From Gammaproteobacteria bacterium (GTDB taxonomy: Bacteria; Pseudomonadota; Gammaproteobacteria; Eutrophobiales; Eutrophobiaceae): a DNA stretch of 64,000 nt. Below the pieces are notes generated by a model, which saw only the letters and a program-made list of their open reading frames with translations, was not told the origin of the DNA and made no database searches. This document shows positions 31,631 to 40,451 of this stretch, one piece after another. Numbering within the stretch: position 1 is the stretch's first letter; each line of letters opens with the position of its first letter. The DNA is taken from assembly GCA_021773215.1 (NCBI GenBank), contig JAJFKM010000077.1, forward strand, positions 5,973 to 69,972, read 5' to 3'. A program made the translations under genes and the position numbers.

Positions 31631-32992
31631 GTGAAAATAATGGAAGAAGTACTTGCAAAAAATGCTTGGGTAATTATATGCGCAACACTCGTGCTTTTTA
31701 TGCAAGCGGGCTTTTTATGCTTGGAGGCGGGTTCTGTAAGACAGAAAAACACGATAAATGTTGCGCTTAAGAACATTATGGATTTTTGCATTTCATTTGC
31801 TATGTTTTTTATCATTGGATATTCCTTTATGTTTGGCGATGGCATATTAAATGGATTAATCGGTTCACCTGATCCATTCATCAGTCGCGCTGATAGTAAT
31901 ACGATTCTCAGTTTTCTATTTCAAGTTACCTTTTGTAGTACAGCCGTAACCATTGTTTCAGGCGCTATAGCAGAGCGTTGCCGGTTTTTACCTTATTTCT
32001 TCATCTCTTTGATAATGGGTTTGTTAATCTACCCCGTTTTTGGTCATTGGGTCTGGGGAGGGGGATGGCTTTCTGAGATGGGTTATTATGATTTTGCTGG
32101 TTCCTCAGTTGTTCATATGGTTGGTGCGGGTGTGGCACTTGCGGGCATCAAGTGCATAGGTTCACGTGAAGGTCGCTTTGATGTTGACGGTCACTCTAAA
32201 GAGATACCTGTATCTAATATGCCTATGGTCGCATTAGGGGTTATTATTTTAACCTTTGGCTGGATTGGTTTTAATGGTGGCTCAGCTGAACTAAGCCTTA
32301 ATACCGCTTCAATAATTGTCAATACACTGCTAGCGGCGTGTTTTGGTGGACTTGTCGCTATGTTATTTAGTTGGGCCTACAGAGGATTAGTACAAGTACA
32401 CACTATGTTAAATGGGGTTATTGGAGGTTTAGTTGCGATTACTGCAAGCGCTAATGTTGTGACTCCCCAAGCGGCAGCTTTGATTGGTCTTGCAGGTGGT
32501 TTTATTGTTCCTGTTTCAGCGAGCCTTTTAGAAAAAATTCAGCTTGACGATGTAGTTGGCGCAATACCAGCTCATGGTGGAGCTGGAATTATAGGCATTC
32601 TTTTAGTGCCTGTTTTCATAACTCCGGAAGCCATGACAGTCTTAAACGAAAGCATGGCTGTTCCGCTTTCAAGAAATGATTTTTTCATGGTGCAACTCAT
32701 TGGTGTTTTATCATGTAGTGCATGGAGTTTTAGTCTTGGTTATATTGCATGGAAACTCATTTCTATGATTACAGATTTACGAGTAGGCACCATGGAAGAA
32801 TTTATAGGTCTTAATTATAGCGAACATAAAATCAGTGACCCGCTACAGGATCTTAATATTGCTACTACATTAGTGACACATAATAGATTAAAAGAAGCCA
32901 AGGTGTATTTTGAAAAGCTTGAAACAACTGAACTATCAGGTCTGTCAGTCGCTATCCATCGCCTATTAAGCGAAAAATATAAAGGATTGTAA
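31631..32992 (+). CDS. amt: Ammonium transporter (Amt) with extended C-terminal tail
   Basis: FMQAGF...E.GSVR.KN, IVSGAIAER, DFAGSSVVH, GWIGFNGGS, DDVVGAIPAH (twin His retained). Confidence 0.92.
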   Translation: MKIMEEVLAKNAWVIICATLVLFMQAGFLCLEAGSVRQKNTINVALKNIMDFCISFAMFFIIGYSFMFGDGILNGLIGSPDPFISRADSNTILSFLFQVTFCSTAVTIVSGAIAERCRFLPYFFISLIMGLLIYPVFGHWVWGGGWLSEMGYYDFAGSSVVHMVGAGVALAGIKCIGSREGRFDVDGHSKEIPVSNMPMVALGVIILTFGWIGFNGGSAELSLNTASIIVNTLLAACFGGLVAMLFSWAYRGLVQVHTMLNGVIGGLVAITASANVVTPQAAALIGLAGGFIVPVSASLLEKIQLDDVVGAIPAHGGAGIIGILLVPVFITPEAMTVLNESMAVPLSRNDFFMVQLIGVLSCSAWSFSLGYIAWKLISMITDLRVGTMEEFIGLNYSEHKISDPLQDLNIATTLVTHNRLKEAKVYFEKLETTELSGLSVAIHRLLSEKYKGL

Positions 32993-32996
32993 TCTC

Positions 32997-34166
32997 ATGG
33001 CTAAACAAATATTCGAAGCCTCTTATTCAGAATATATCGGAAAAAAGATTGGCAATATTGTTATCACCGAATACATTGGTGAAGGCACTATGGGAATAGT
33101 GTTTAAAGGTCACCATAAAAACTTAGATATTGATGTTGCTATAAAGATTATTAAGGAAGAACTATTAAGTTCGAGAGCAGATGAATACTTAGGTCGATTT
33201 GAAAGAGAAGCACGAATAGCGGCGCGGCTAAATCACCGATGTATAACTAGAATTATTGATTATGGTTTTATTGAAAACAAACCTTATATTGTCATTGAGT
33301 ACATAGATGGTTTTACTCTTTCTGAGTTCATAAAGGCATCTGAAGATGATATTGCTGAAACGAATATTTTAAAGTTAATAGGTATGGTTGCCTCCGGATT
33401 ATATGAAGCGCATAAAAATGGGATTATTCATCGCGATATGAAGGCACAAAATATAATTATATCCCGTGAGGGAAGACCCTATATTACAGATTTAGGGTTA
33501 GCTCGTGATGTTGCAGATCTGAATATTACCCAAGCATCAGTCGTCATGGGGTCTCCAGCTTATATGGCGCCAGAAAATTTTACTTCTGAAGCTGGAATTG
33601 ACTTGCGCAGTGATATTTACAGTTTAGGCTGCACCGCTTATTTCGCAGCCTTTAAAATGTTGCCCGTGAAAGGTGTTTCTATTAAAGAGATTATCAATAA
33701 ACATGTTAACGGAGATATTGACTTTAGTTGCCAAACAAATTGCAGTGAAGCGACAATTGAAATTATAAAAAAAATGATGGCTCCAAATATAAATGATCGT
33801 TATCAGTCCGCACAGGAAATAGTAAATGATATTAAACGTCTACTAGACAGTCAAAAAAAGATAGCTAAGTCTTTAAAAGATAGAATGCAAGAAAAGGAAG
33901 TAACGGCCTCGCAAGAATATTATACAGAAACAATGGAAGCGACATCTTCTGTCGCTTATACAGGAAGTGATTCATTAACGGGTAGCAATGTATTTCTGAA
34001 TGTTGCTAGTGTCTTAAATATATTAGAAGAGCGACTAGGTTCATCTGAAAGTTCTCACGGCAGCATTAATATCACACACGCAACGCTAAAAGATAGAATG
34101 ATATTGTGGGTACTATTAACAGGATTGTTTGCCTTCACTATAATTGGCTATTTACTAACAAGTTAA
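32997..34166 (+). CDS. Hanks-type serine/threonine protein kinase with C-terminal TM
   Basis: IGEGTMGIV, VAIK, HRDMKAQN, DLGLA, GSPAYMAPE, SDIYSLG. Confidence 0.93.
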   Translation: MAKQIFEASYSEYIGKKIGNIVITEYIGEGTMGIVFKGHHKNLDIDVAIKIIKEELLSSRADEYLGRFEREARIAARLNHRCITRIIDYGFIENKPYIVIEYIDGFTLSEFIKASEDDIAETNILKLIGMVASGLYEAHKNGIIHRDMKAQNIIISREGRPYITDLGLARDVADLNITQASVVMGSPAYMAPENFTSEAGIDLRSDIYSLGCTAYFAAFKMLPVKGVSIKEIINKHVNGDIDFSCQTNCSEATIEIIKKMMAPNINDRYQSAQEIVNDIKRLLDSQKKIAKSLKDRMQEKEVTASQEYYTETMEATSSVAYTGSDSLTGSNVFLNVASVLNILEERLGSSESSHGSINITHATLKDRMILWVLLTGLFAFTIIGYLLTS

Positions 34167-34208
34167 TTTAAGAACATTGATTTAATGTGTCAGATTGAAC
34201 CATTCATC

Positions 34209-34652
34209 TCATAATCGCATATACATCTTTATATGTGGAATACCAGCATCATCAAAAACATCACTTTCTACCTTGAAACTCTGTTTTTTATAAAATGCCA
34301 TTGCATCGACTTGTGCATTAAGAATGACACGTTGCATATTTCTTTCTTCGGCAATAGATAAGAGTTTTACTAACATTGCTCTACCAATGCCAGATAAACG
34401 GTAAGGTTCTAAAACAGCCATTCGGCCTATTTGGCCTGTATTAAGAAGACGAGCCGTAGCGACATATTGGCCTGCTGTTTTCACCAAAAGGTGCACTGCA
34501 TTATGATCAACTTCTTCCCACTCTAAATCTTCAGGGACATTCTGTTCTTCAATAAAAACCTTGGTACGTATATCTCGTAAATGAGGTTCCATGTCTTGCC
34601 ATGATACTTGTAGTACTTCTATATCACTCATCGAAATAAAAGCAGCCAGCAC
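34209..34652 (-). CDS. GNAT N-acetyltransferase (YjcF/ElaA-like)
   Basis: IRTKVFIEEQNVP, IGRMAVL, LNAQ, FDDAGIPH. Confidence 0.9.
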   Translation of the reverse strand: MLAAFISMSDIEVLQVSWQDMEPHLRDIRTKVFIEEQNVPEDLEWEEVDHNAVHLLVKTAGQYVATARLLNTGQIGRMAVLEPYRLSGIGRAMLVKLLSIAEERNMQRVILNAQVDAMAFYKKQSFKVESDVFDDAGIPHIKMYMRL

Positions 34653-35769
34653 TATATAATGTGTAGAGAAGATCCGAGGTCAGGTCCTTATCGTTGAACC
34701 CATTTAATTCAGAGCAATCAAGACGGTGTGAGCTGCATAAGTATTGAATTAAGCTGAGCTGTGAAATTGGTAATAATACGGATTGACCTGAATAGAATAA
34801 CGTTACGGTGTCAGTATTGTTGATATAAGAGAATCGAATATTACCGTAACGCTTTAAATGACTACCTTGTATTAGTGTTTTTCTAAAGGCAGGTTCGTCT
34901 AGTAGATCATCTTCTGGCTCAAGATCATCAAGGTTGTTGGTTATAAAATGACCAAACCAATTAGCAAACTCAGTTTTATTAGAGATAGCAGACAGCAACA
35001 TATTTTGTAGTGACTGAATATCATCAGGCCTGATCTCACCTGAAGCATCTTGTAGTTTCAGATCAGGATCAGTGTAAAAAGTATCTTTTGCGTGTTCATT
35101 GAAACTAACCGTATAAGCACTGAGTAATTCTTTCAGAGAAGGTGCCCGAAAACCAATGGAATAGGTGAGGCAGTTATCAAGCGCAATACCATGGTGGGCA
35201 ACACCAGGAGGTAAATAGAGCATATCACCCGGTTCTAAAATCCAATCCTCTTGTGCTTCAAATTCACTGAGGATCTTTAGATCCAGTCCTTCAATAAAAT
35301 CGTCTTCAGAATAATCGCCTTCATTAATATGCCAATGACGACGTCCTTGTACTTGCAATAAAAATACATCGTAATTATCCAGATGCGGGCCAACACTCCC
35401 ACCTTCAGGCGCAAAACTGACCATGACATCATCAATACGCCAATTTGGGATGAAGTTAAACTCATCCAGGAGTTGGCTAAGCTCAGGCAGATGATGATCG
35501 AGCGCCTGAACAAGCAAAGACCAGTGAGTCTGTGGCAGTGATGTAAAATCTTCTTCCTCAAATGGACCGTATCTTAGCTCCCATGGCCCCTCTACACCTT
35601 GTTCTTGAATGAGTCGAGACTCAATGCCTTCCTCACAAGCCAAGCCAGCAAGTTCTTCTGGTGTGATAGGGGACGTAATGTCAGGGAATGCCTGCCTGAT
35701 TAACAACGGCTTTTTCTGCCAATGTTTTTTTAAGAAGTCTGTTTGACTCAATTTTCCCAATATTTTCAT
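34624..35769 (-). CDS. roxA: Ribosomal protein uL16 3-hydroxylase (YcfD/RoxA, JmjC cupin)
   Basis: WQKKPLLIR, WRIDDVMVSFA..GGSVGPHLDNYDVFLLQ, GDMLYLPPG.AHHG, YSIGFRAP. Confidence 0.9.
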   Translation of the reverse strand: MKILGKLSQTDFLKKHWQKKPLLIRQAFPDITSPITPEELAGLACEEGIESRLIQEQGVEGPWELRYGPFEEEDFTSLPQTHWSLLVQALDHHLPELSQLLDEFNFIPNWRIDDVMVSFAPEGGSVGPHLDNYDVFLLQVQGRRHWHINEGDYSEDDFIEGLDLKILSEFEAQEDWILEPGDMLYLPPGVAHHGIALDNCLTYSIGFRAPSLKELLSAYTVSFNEHAKDTFYTDPDLKLQDASGEIRPDDIQSLQNMLLSAISNKTEFANWFGHFITNNLDDLEPEDDLLDEPAFRKTLIQGSHLKRYGNIRFSYINNTDTVTLFYSGQSVLLPISQLSLIQYLCSSHRLDCSELNGFNDKDLTSDLLYTLYSAGCFYFDE

Positions 35770-35882
35770 GGCATGATTATGGCTTTAATTTTAAAAAGAT
35801 AAAACTATTAGTGAAAAGCCACGTTGGTGATTGCTAAAATAAAGATGTTTAATAACAAGTAAAACATAACTAATAATAAACA

Positions 35883-37052
35883 ATGAATTTCACGACCGTA
35901 TTTAGAATCAGTAATATTGCCCTATTTGGCTGCTTATTTGGATATCCATTTGTCGCAATGACAGACGAAGCTCAATATGAGATCTGTTTCAATTTCACAA
36001 TTATCACTAAACAAAATAATGATGTTTCAGAAGTCGCTCAATATAAACAGCAAAAATCTTTGTTGCATGAAGAATTATCAAGGACAGAATTAGTGTTTGA
36101 TAAAAACAAAGAGCAAAGCTGTCCGAATATTAAATTTAAACAAGAGATAATAAAGCATGTTACATGGGAAAAAGCACTTCGATTGAGTCAGCCACGAGAC
36201 CAAGGTTTCAATGAAAAAAAATCTGACTATCAAAACAGGAGAATAGAAGAAGATCTTAATGAAATAGAACTTATAGCTACGAAAATAAAACAGACTCCAG
36301 ATATTAAATACTATTCATTGCTAGAGCTATCTCCTGGCCCTGCAATAGTTAATGCTAAAAGGGCTCTTGTTGCGAAGGAAACCGAGCATCAGAGATTGGG
36401 TGATAGCACGAGCTTGCATGCATTAGAAAAGTTACGCGTAAAAACGCAAGCATCAATTCATATAATCAATGAAAAACTCGATTATTATGGTGTCGAAAAG
36501 AAATATGAGCTCGTGAAGAGAGCTGAGTCTATGCATAGAAAATATAAGGAAATAGATAATGCCAGCGCGAATAGGTGGCAAGAAGGTGTTTTAACACTAT
36601 GGAATGATGTAGCAGCTCAAGATACATCGATCGAATTAAAAAACCTAATTCAGCACCATCATACACAAGGCAATAACTGTTTAGATGTTTATGTCGTACC
36701 TAAAGCTAATAGTCCATCAAGAGGCACGGATGAGATTAAGAAAAATAATGATTGGACTGTTCGTGGTGGCGCAGCCTTGTCAGAAAAATTATTTCCTAGA
36801 ACGACAGCAGGGAAAGGCCATGTAATTATTCTAACGCAAGATGCCAGGAAAACAGAAAATAGATTGGCACATGAGTTAGGTCATTTATTGATTGGTAAAC
36901 GAGATGCTCATTTTGGTAAAGAAGCTAAAGATTTGATGCACGAAAACAGTTTAGGCGGCTCTTATCTTGATGAAGAAGAATGCAAGAAAATTAAAGAAAA
37001 TATTACAACTTTCTTTCGTCATTCCCGCCTCGGCGGGAATCTAGAACAATGA
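35883..37052 (+). CDS. Hypothetical exported protein with zinc-metallopeptidase-like HExxH motif
   Basis: N-terminal hydrophobic segment; LAHELGHLLIGKRDAH...DLMH (metzincin-like with possible Met-turn). Confidence 0.6.
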   Translation: MNFTTVFRISNIALFGCLFGYPFVAMTDEAQYEICFNFTIITKQNNDVSEVAQYKQQKSLLHEELSRTELVFDKNKEQSCPNIKFKQEIIKHVTWEKALRLSQPRDQGFNEKKSDYQNRRIEEDLNEIELIATKIKQTPDIKYYSLLELSPGPAIVNAKRALVAKETEHQRLGDSTSLHALEKLRVKTQASIHIINEKLDYYGVEKKYELVKRAESMHRKYKEIDNASANRWQEGVLTLWNDVAAQDTSIELKNLIQHHHTQGNNCLDVYVVPKANSPSRGTDEIKKNNDWTVRGGAALSEKLFPRTTAGKGHVIILTQDARKTENRLAHELGHLLIGKRDAHFGKEAKDLMHENSLGGSYLDEEECKKIKENITTFFRHSRLGGNLEQ

Positions 37053-37194
37053 CAATAAATATTAGTTAACGAATTGCTTCCAAAGATCTATCCGCTCAAG
37101 ATTATATTGCTTAGACAAACGTAACTTACATGGCTTCCAGAAATTATACTTTATCTTCATCGTGCACTGGATTCCCGCCGATGCGGGAATGACG
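37017..37194. repeat. Inverted pair of ATTCCC-N8-GGGAAT REP/dRS3-like palindromes
   Basis: CGTCATTCCCGCCTCGGCGGGAATCTAG (37017-37044) and CTGGATTCCCGCCGATGCGGGAATGACG (37167-37194), 26/28 identical in inverted orientation. Confidence 0.85.
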
Positions 37195-37309
37195 GCTGGT
37201 TCGAAATATTTGAGAAGAATTAATACTCTGCCAGATCATAACAAAATTGACTCTTTAAAATGTTCAGTAGAGTCGGGACGAATACATCAGATAGTAACTA
37301 TTATTTTAT

Positions 37310-37346
37310 GGCCATGGACCTCGGTACCCCCTTGAGGGGTGTGGCC
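37310..37346. repeat. REP-like dispersed palindrome, copy 2
   Basis: GGCCA-TGGACCTCGGTACCCCCTTGAGGGGTG-TGGCC; same core as 27618-27660. Confidence 0.75.
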
Positions 37347-37392
37347 TGTATGTCGCGATAGTACAGGAGTCCGTAGCGTCGTGAATGGAATG

Positions 37393-37671
37393 TTATTTTT
37401 TAAACGATCTAGATTTTTTCAAAGATGGATTAATCTCATCTAACTCAGCTTGAACTTGCTCGCGACTACAGTGGTAGATGATCTCTCTGCCTAGAACACT
37501 TCCAACATATGCCTGCTCGTTCTTGGTCGGCGTAAGATCACATTTCATGCTATGAACACCTTCACCAATAACCACAGTGATTTGACTGGCTCGCTTATCA
37601 AATACGAGGACTTCCATAGTTTGGCCGCTTTCTGTATTTGAAACTGTAATCATTTCATTTTGCATAGTCAT
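37393..37671 (-). CDS. Hypothetical protein
   Basis: Clean 92-aa ORF with protein-like composition; family not recognised. Confidence 0.7.
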   Translation of the reverse strand: MTMQNEMITVSNTESGQTMEVLVFDKRASQITVVIGEGVHSMKCDLTPTKNEQAYVGSVLGREIIYHCSREQVQAELDEINPSLKKSRSFKK

Positions 37672-37726
37672 CAGTATATCGGGATATTAATGAGAATACG
37701 ATTCTCAAACAGTTTGCCTCTATGAT

Positions 37727-38233
37727 TTAGTTAAAACGCTGTTTATTCTGTTGCTGATCAATCAATACTGTGAGACGTGTCTGTGGATTTTGTTGCAATA
37801 TATTACTCGCGACCATCAACGTAGGCGTTAATGTTGTTTTCGAATCAGCAATAACATCACTCTCCTGTAAATGATAAGCGCCTCGAGTCTTTTCAATACT
37901 GTATGGCCCTTGTGCAAGCTTAAATGTGCGTATGCAATATTGTGCTGAGATATCTACTTTATCCAAGGCTAAGTAACCCATGCAAAGATTATGGTTGGCT
38001 ATAAGCTCATCCATTGGATTTAAATCACTCTCTAGTGATTCATGCGCAAACCGAATTCCACGAATCACATGATTTGTTGCCAACTCTAGACTGCTCCTGT
38101 TAAGCAGATTGGATGTTGGGGAAGAGAACCAGCCGATAATACCATGTTCAATACGCTGATCTGCCATGACTATGTTTAAATACGACAAGGTCAGAAGTAT
38201 TACCAAGCCGATTCTGTTTATTATCTGTTTCAT
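37727..38233 (-). CDS. Hypothetical secreted protein (TPR-like), divergent from LysR
   Basis: Signal peptide; NHNLCMGY...AQYC helix pair. Confidence 0.65.
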   Translation of the reverse strand: MKQIINRIGLVILLTLSYLNIVMADQRIEHGIIGWFSSPTSNLLNRSSLELATNHVIRGIRFAHESLESDLNPMDELIANHNLCMGYLALDKVDISAQYCIRTFKLAQGPYSIEKTRGAYHLQESDVIADSKTTLTPTLMVASNILQQNPQTRLTVLIDQQQNKQRFN

Positions 38234-38274
38234 GTCGTTACCCTCTACTGAGTGAATTTATGGTGTAATTATGC

Positions 38275-38333
38275 TATACATATATAAATAGTCTTAAGTT
38301 AATACCGTTTAACTGATATACATATATGAATAG
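38275..38333. promoter_or_regulatory. Two near-identical 17-bp sites in the divergent LysR promoter
   Basis: TATACATATATAAATAG (38275) and TATACATATATGAATAG (38317); T-N11-A-like. Confidence 0.5.
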
Positions 38334-38341
38334 GTGTTTGT

Positions 38342-39241
38342 TTGAGTATGGATTGGCGAGCGTTACAAGATGTGGTGGCAGTCGCAGAGACAGGTAGTCT
38401 CTCTGCTGCAGCACGTCGTCTGAACGTGAGTCAGCCCACTGTCGGGCGAAGAATAGAACAATTAGAGCATAGACTTGGGGCGGTTTTGTTCAATCGAACT
38501 GCGCAAGGACTCTCACTAACCAAAGTCGGTGAAAGTATTCTAAGTCATGCTAAAAGCATGGAAGAAGAAGCCCTCGCGATAGAACGTGCTGCTACCGGTG
38601 CGAATCAGCAATTACAGGGTAATGTACGCATCTCATTGATTGAAGATCTCGGTATTTATTGGCTACCAAAGAAACTGGGTGAATTTCATGAACAGTTTCC
38701 TCAGCTTGTAATAGAAGTACATATCGATAACCAAAACGTTAATCTACTGCGCAGAGAGGCAGACATTGCCGTTAGACTCGCACGCCCGGATCAGCCTGAT
38801 TTAATCTGCCGCAAAGTCGGTGAGTTGAATTTTGGTCTTTATGCAAGCCAAACCTATCTAGATAAACATGGTGTGCCTGAAAAGCCTCAAGATCTAAAAG
38901 AGCATTACCATGTGGGCTTTGAAATGGAAACGGGACCAGTGTCAGAAATTAAAAAATTAGAATCATTATTTCACGAAGACCACATACGACATCGTTCAAA
39001 TAGTCACATGGAAATCGTCGAAGCAACGAATGCAGGTTTAGGCTGTGGTGCACTATGTTGCTTCATAGCCGACCAACACCCCAATCTCCGCCGTGTGTTA
39101 AATAATAAACTTGATCATGCACGGGAAATTTGGCTTGTTACTCATGCAGAAATTAATAACAGCGCAAGAATAAGAACAGTGTATGATTTTTTAGGCAAGG
39201 CATTTGAAGAAGATAGCAAAAGGTTTAAAGGACAAGAATAA
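38342..39241 (+). CDS. LysR family transcriptional regulator
   Basis: GSLSAAARRLNVSQPTVGRRIEQLE HTH; NLLRREADIAVR. Confidence 0.95.
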   Translation: MSMDWRALQDVVAVAETGSLSAAARRLNVSQPTVGRRIEQLEHRLGAVLFNRTAQGLSLTKVGESILSHAKSMEEEALAIERAATGANQQLQGNVRISLIEDLGIYWLPKKLGEFHEQFPQLVIEVHIDNQNVNLLRREADIAVRLARPDQPDLICRKVGELNFGLYASQTYLDKHGVPEKPQDLKEHYHVGFEMETGPVSEIKKLESLFHEDHIRHRSNSHMEIVEATNAGLGCGALCCFIADQHPNLRRVLNNKLDHAREIWLVTHAEINNSARIRTVYDFLGKAFEEDSKRFKGQE

Positions 39242-39316
39242 AGCGTTATAAATTGAGCGACAACTATTTAAGTTCGTTAGTAAATATAATTTAAAATTAA
39301 AAGGGAAGAGAACATT

Positions 39317-39877
39317 ATGCACTTACTAATTCTTGGTCTTTTGCTGTGGACGATAATCCACTTTTTACCTTCAGTTGCTAAATGCACAAGGAAATCAATT
39401 ATAAGTAAAATTGGAATCGGCCCATACAAAGGTTTATTCGCAATCTTGATTGTCTTATCAGTAGTACTGATCGTATTTGGCTGGCGTAGCATAGAGCCTC
39501 TTGATATTTATCATCCGCAAAGCTGGGGCAGACATGTCACATTCCTCTTGGTCCTACTGACATTTATTTTATTTGTTGCTGCACGCAAAGCAACAAACAT
39601 AAAACGATTCCTGCGCCATCCTCAATTAACAGGATTAGTGTTATGGAGTATTGGTCATCTATTTGCTAATGGTGATAACCGTTCATTGATATTATTCAGT
39701 TGGCTTGGTGTATGGGCAATTATTGAAATGATTCTGATCAGTCGACGTGAAGGGGCATGGCAAAAACCTGAACCTGTCTCTGTAAAGAATGATGTTGTTA
39801 CTGTAATAGGTGGTTGTGTTATATATGCTGTCCTATTAATAGCGCATCCTCATATAACAGGAATAAATTTAATTTAA
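39317..39877 (+). CDS. NnrU family membrane protein
   Basis: RHPQLTGLVLWSIGHLFANGD motif. Confidence 0.88.
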   Translation: MHLLILGLLLWTIIHFLPSVAKCTRKSIISKIGIGPYKGLFAILIVLSVVLIVFGWRSIEPLDIYHPQSWGRHVTFLLVLLTFILFVAARKATNIKRFLRHPQLTGLVLWSIGHLFANGDNRSLILFSWLGVWAIIEMILISRREGAWQKPEPVSVKNDVVTVIGGCVIYAVLLIAHPHITGINLI

Positions 39878-40064
39878 TTGTATATATTGAAAGCACTAGT
39901 GAATAGTTAGTAATGAATCAGTTAACTGATTCAGAGTTAGAAGGGTGTTGCATGATTTTGAATTTTTCACATAGTGCGCTATCAAAGATTTGAATAATCT
40001 ATTATTTCTATTCCTTATGAGTTCCTGAAAATAATCATTAATATGGCCATCGATTTTAATGACT

Positions 40065-40451
40065 TTATTCTTCGCTTTTAAGAGACATTAATGAGTCACG
40101 AATCACGTTCATTGAGTTTAGTGATGTGGCAAAACCTGAAAAAATTGCAGCTAAACTGCAGACTTCATAGATTTCATCTTCAGATAAACCGCACAGGTAA
40201 CTGAGCCTACTCTGATATGCCGTTTGTGGCTGCATATTGCCATTAGATATAGTTATTGCTAGAACGACTAATAGCTTCTCTTTTAATTTTAGATGACTAT
40301 TCTTTGAATAATTTTCGCCGTATAATCTGGATACAAGCTCTTTGGTTAGCGAACTGGAACCTTGACACATGCCTTCTATTACTAATAGAGCATCTGGGTC
40401 TTTTTGTTGTAGCCAGTTTAGACCTTCTTGAAAAATTTCTTCGTTAACCAT
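40065..40451 (-). CDS. Carboxymuconolactone decarboxylase/AhpD-fold protein (degenerate)
   Basis: YGENYS...LKLKEKLLVVLA...GLSEDEIYEV...IFSGF matches the CMD fold; ATG at 40451 with GAGG RBS overlaps the upstream stop. Confidence 0.7.
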   Translation of the reverse strand: MVNEEIFQEGLNWLQQKDPDALLVIEGMCQGSSSLTKELVSRLYGENYSKNSHLKLKEKLLVVLAITISNGNMQPQTAYQSRLSYLCGLSEDEIYEVCSLAAIFSGFATSLNSMNVIRDSLMSLKSEE

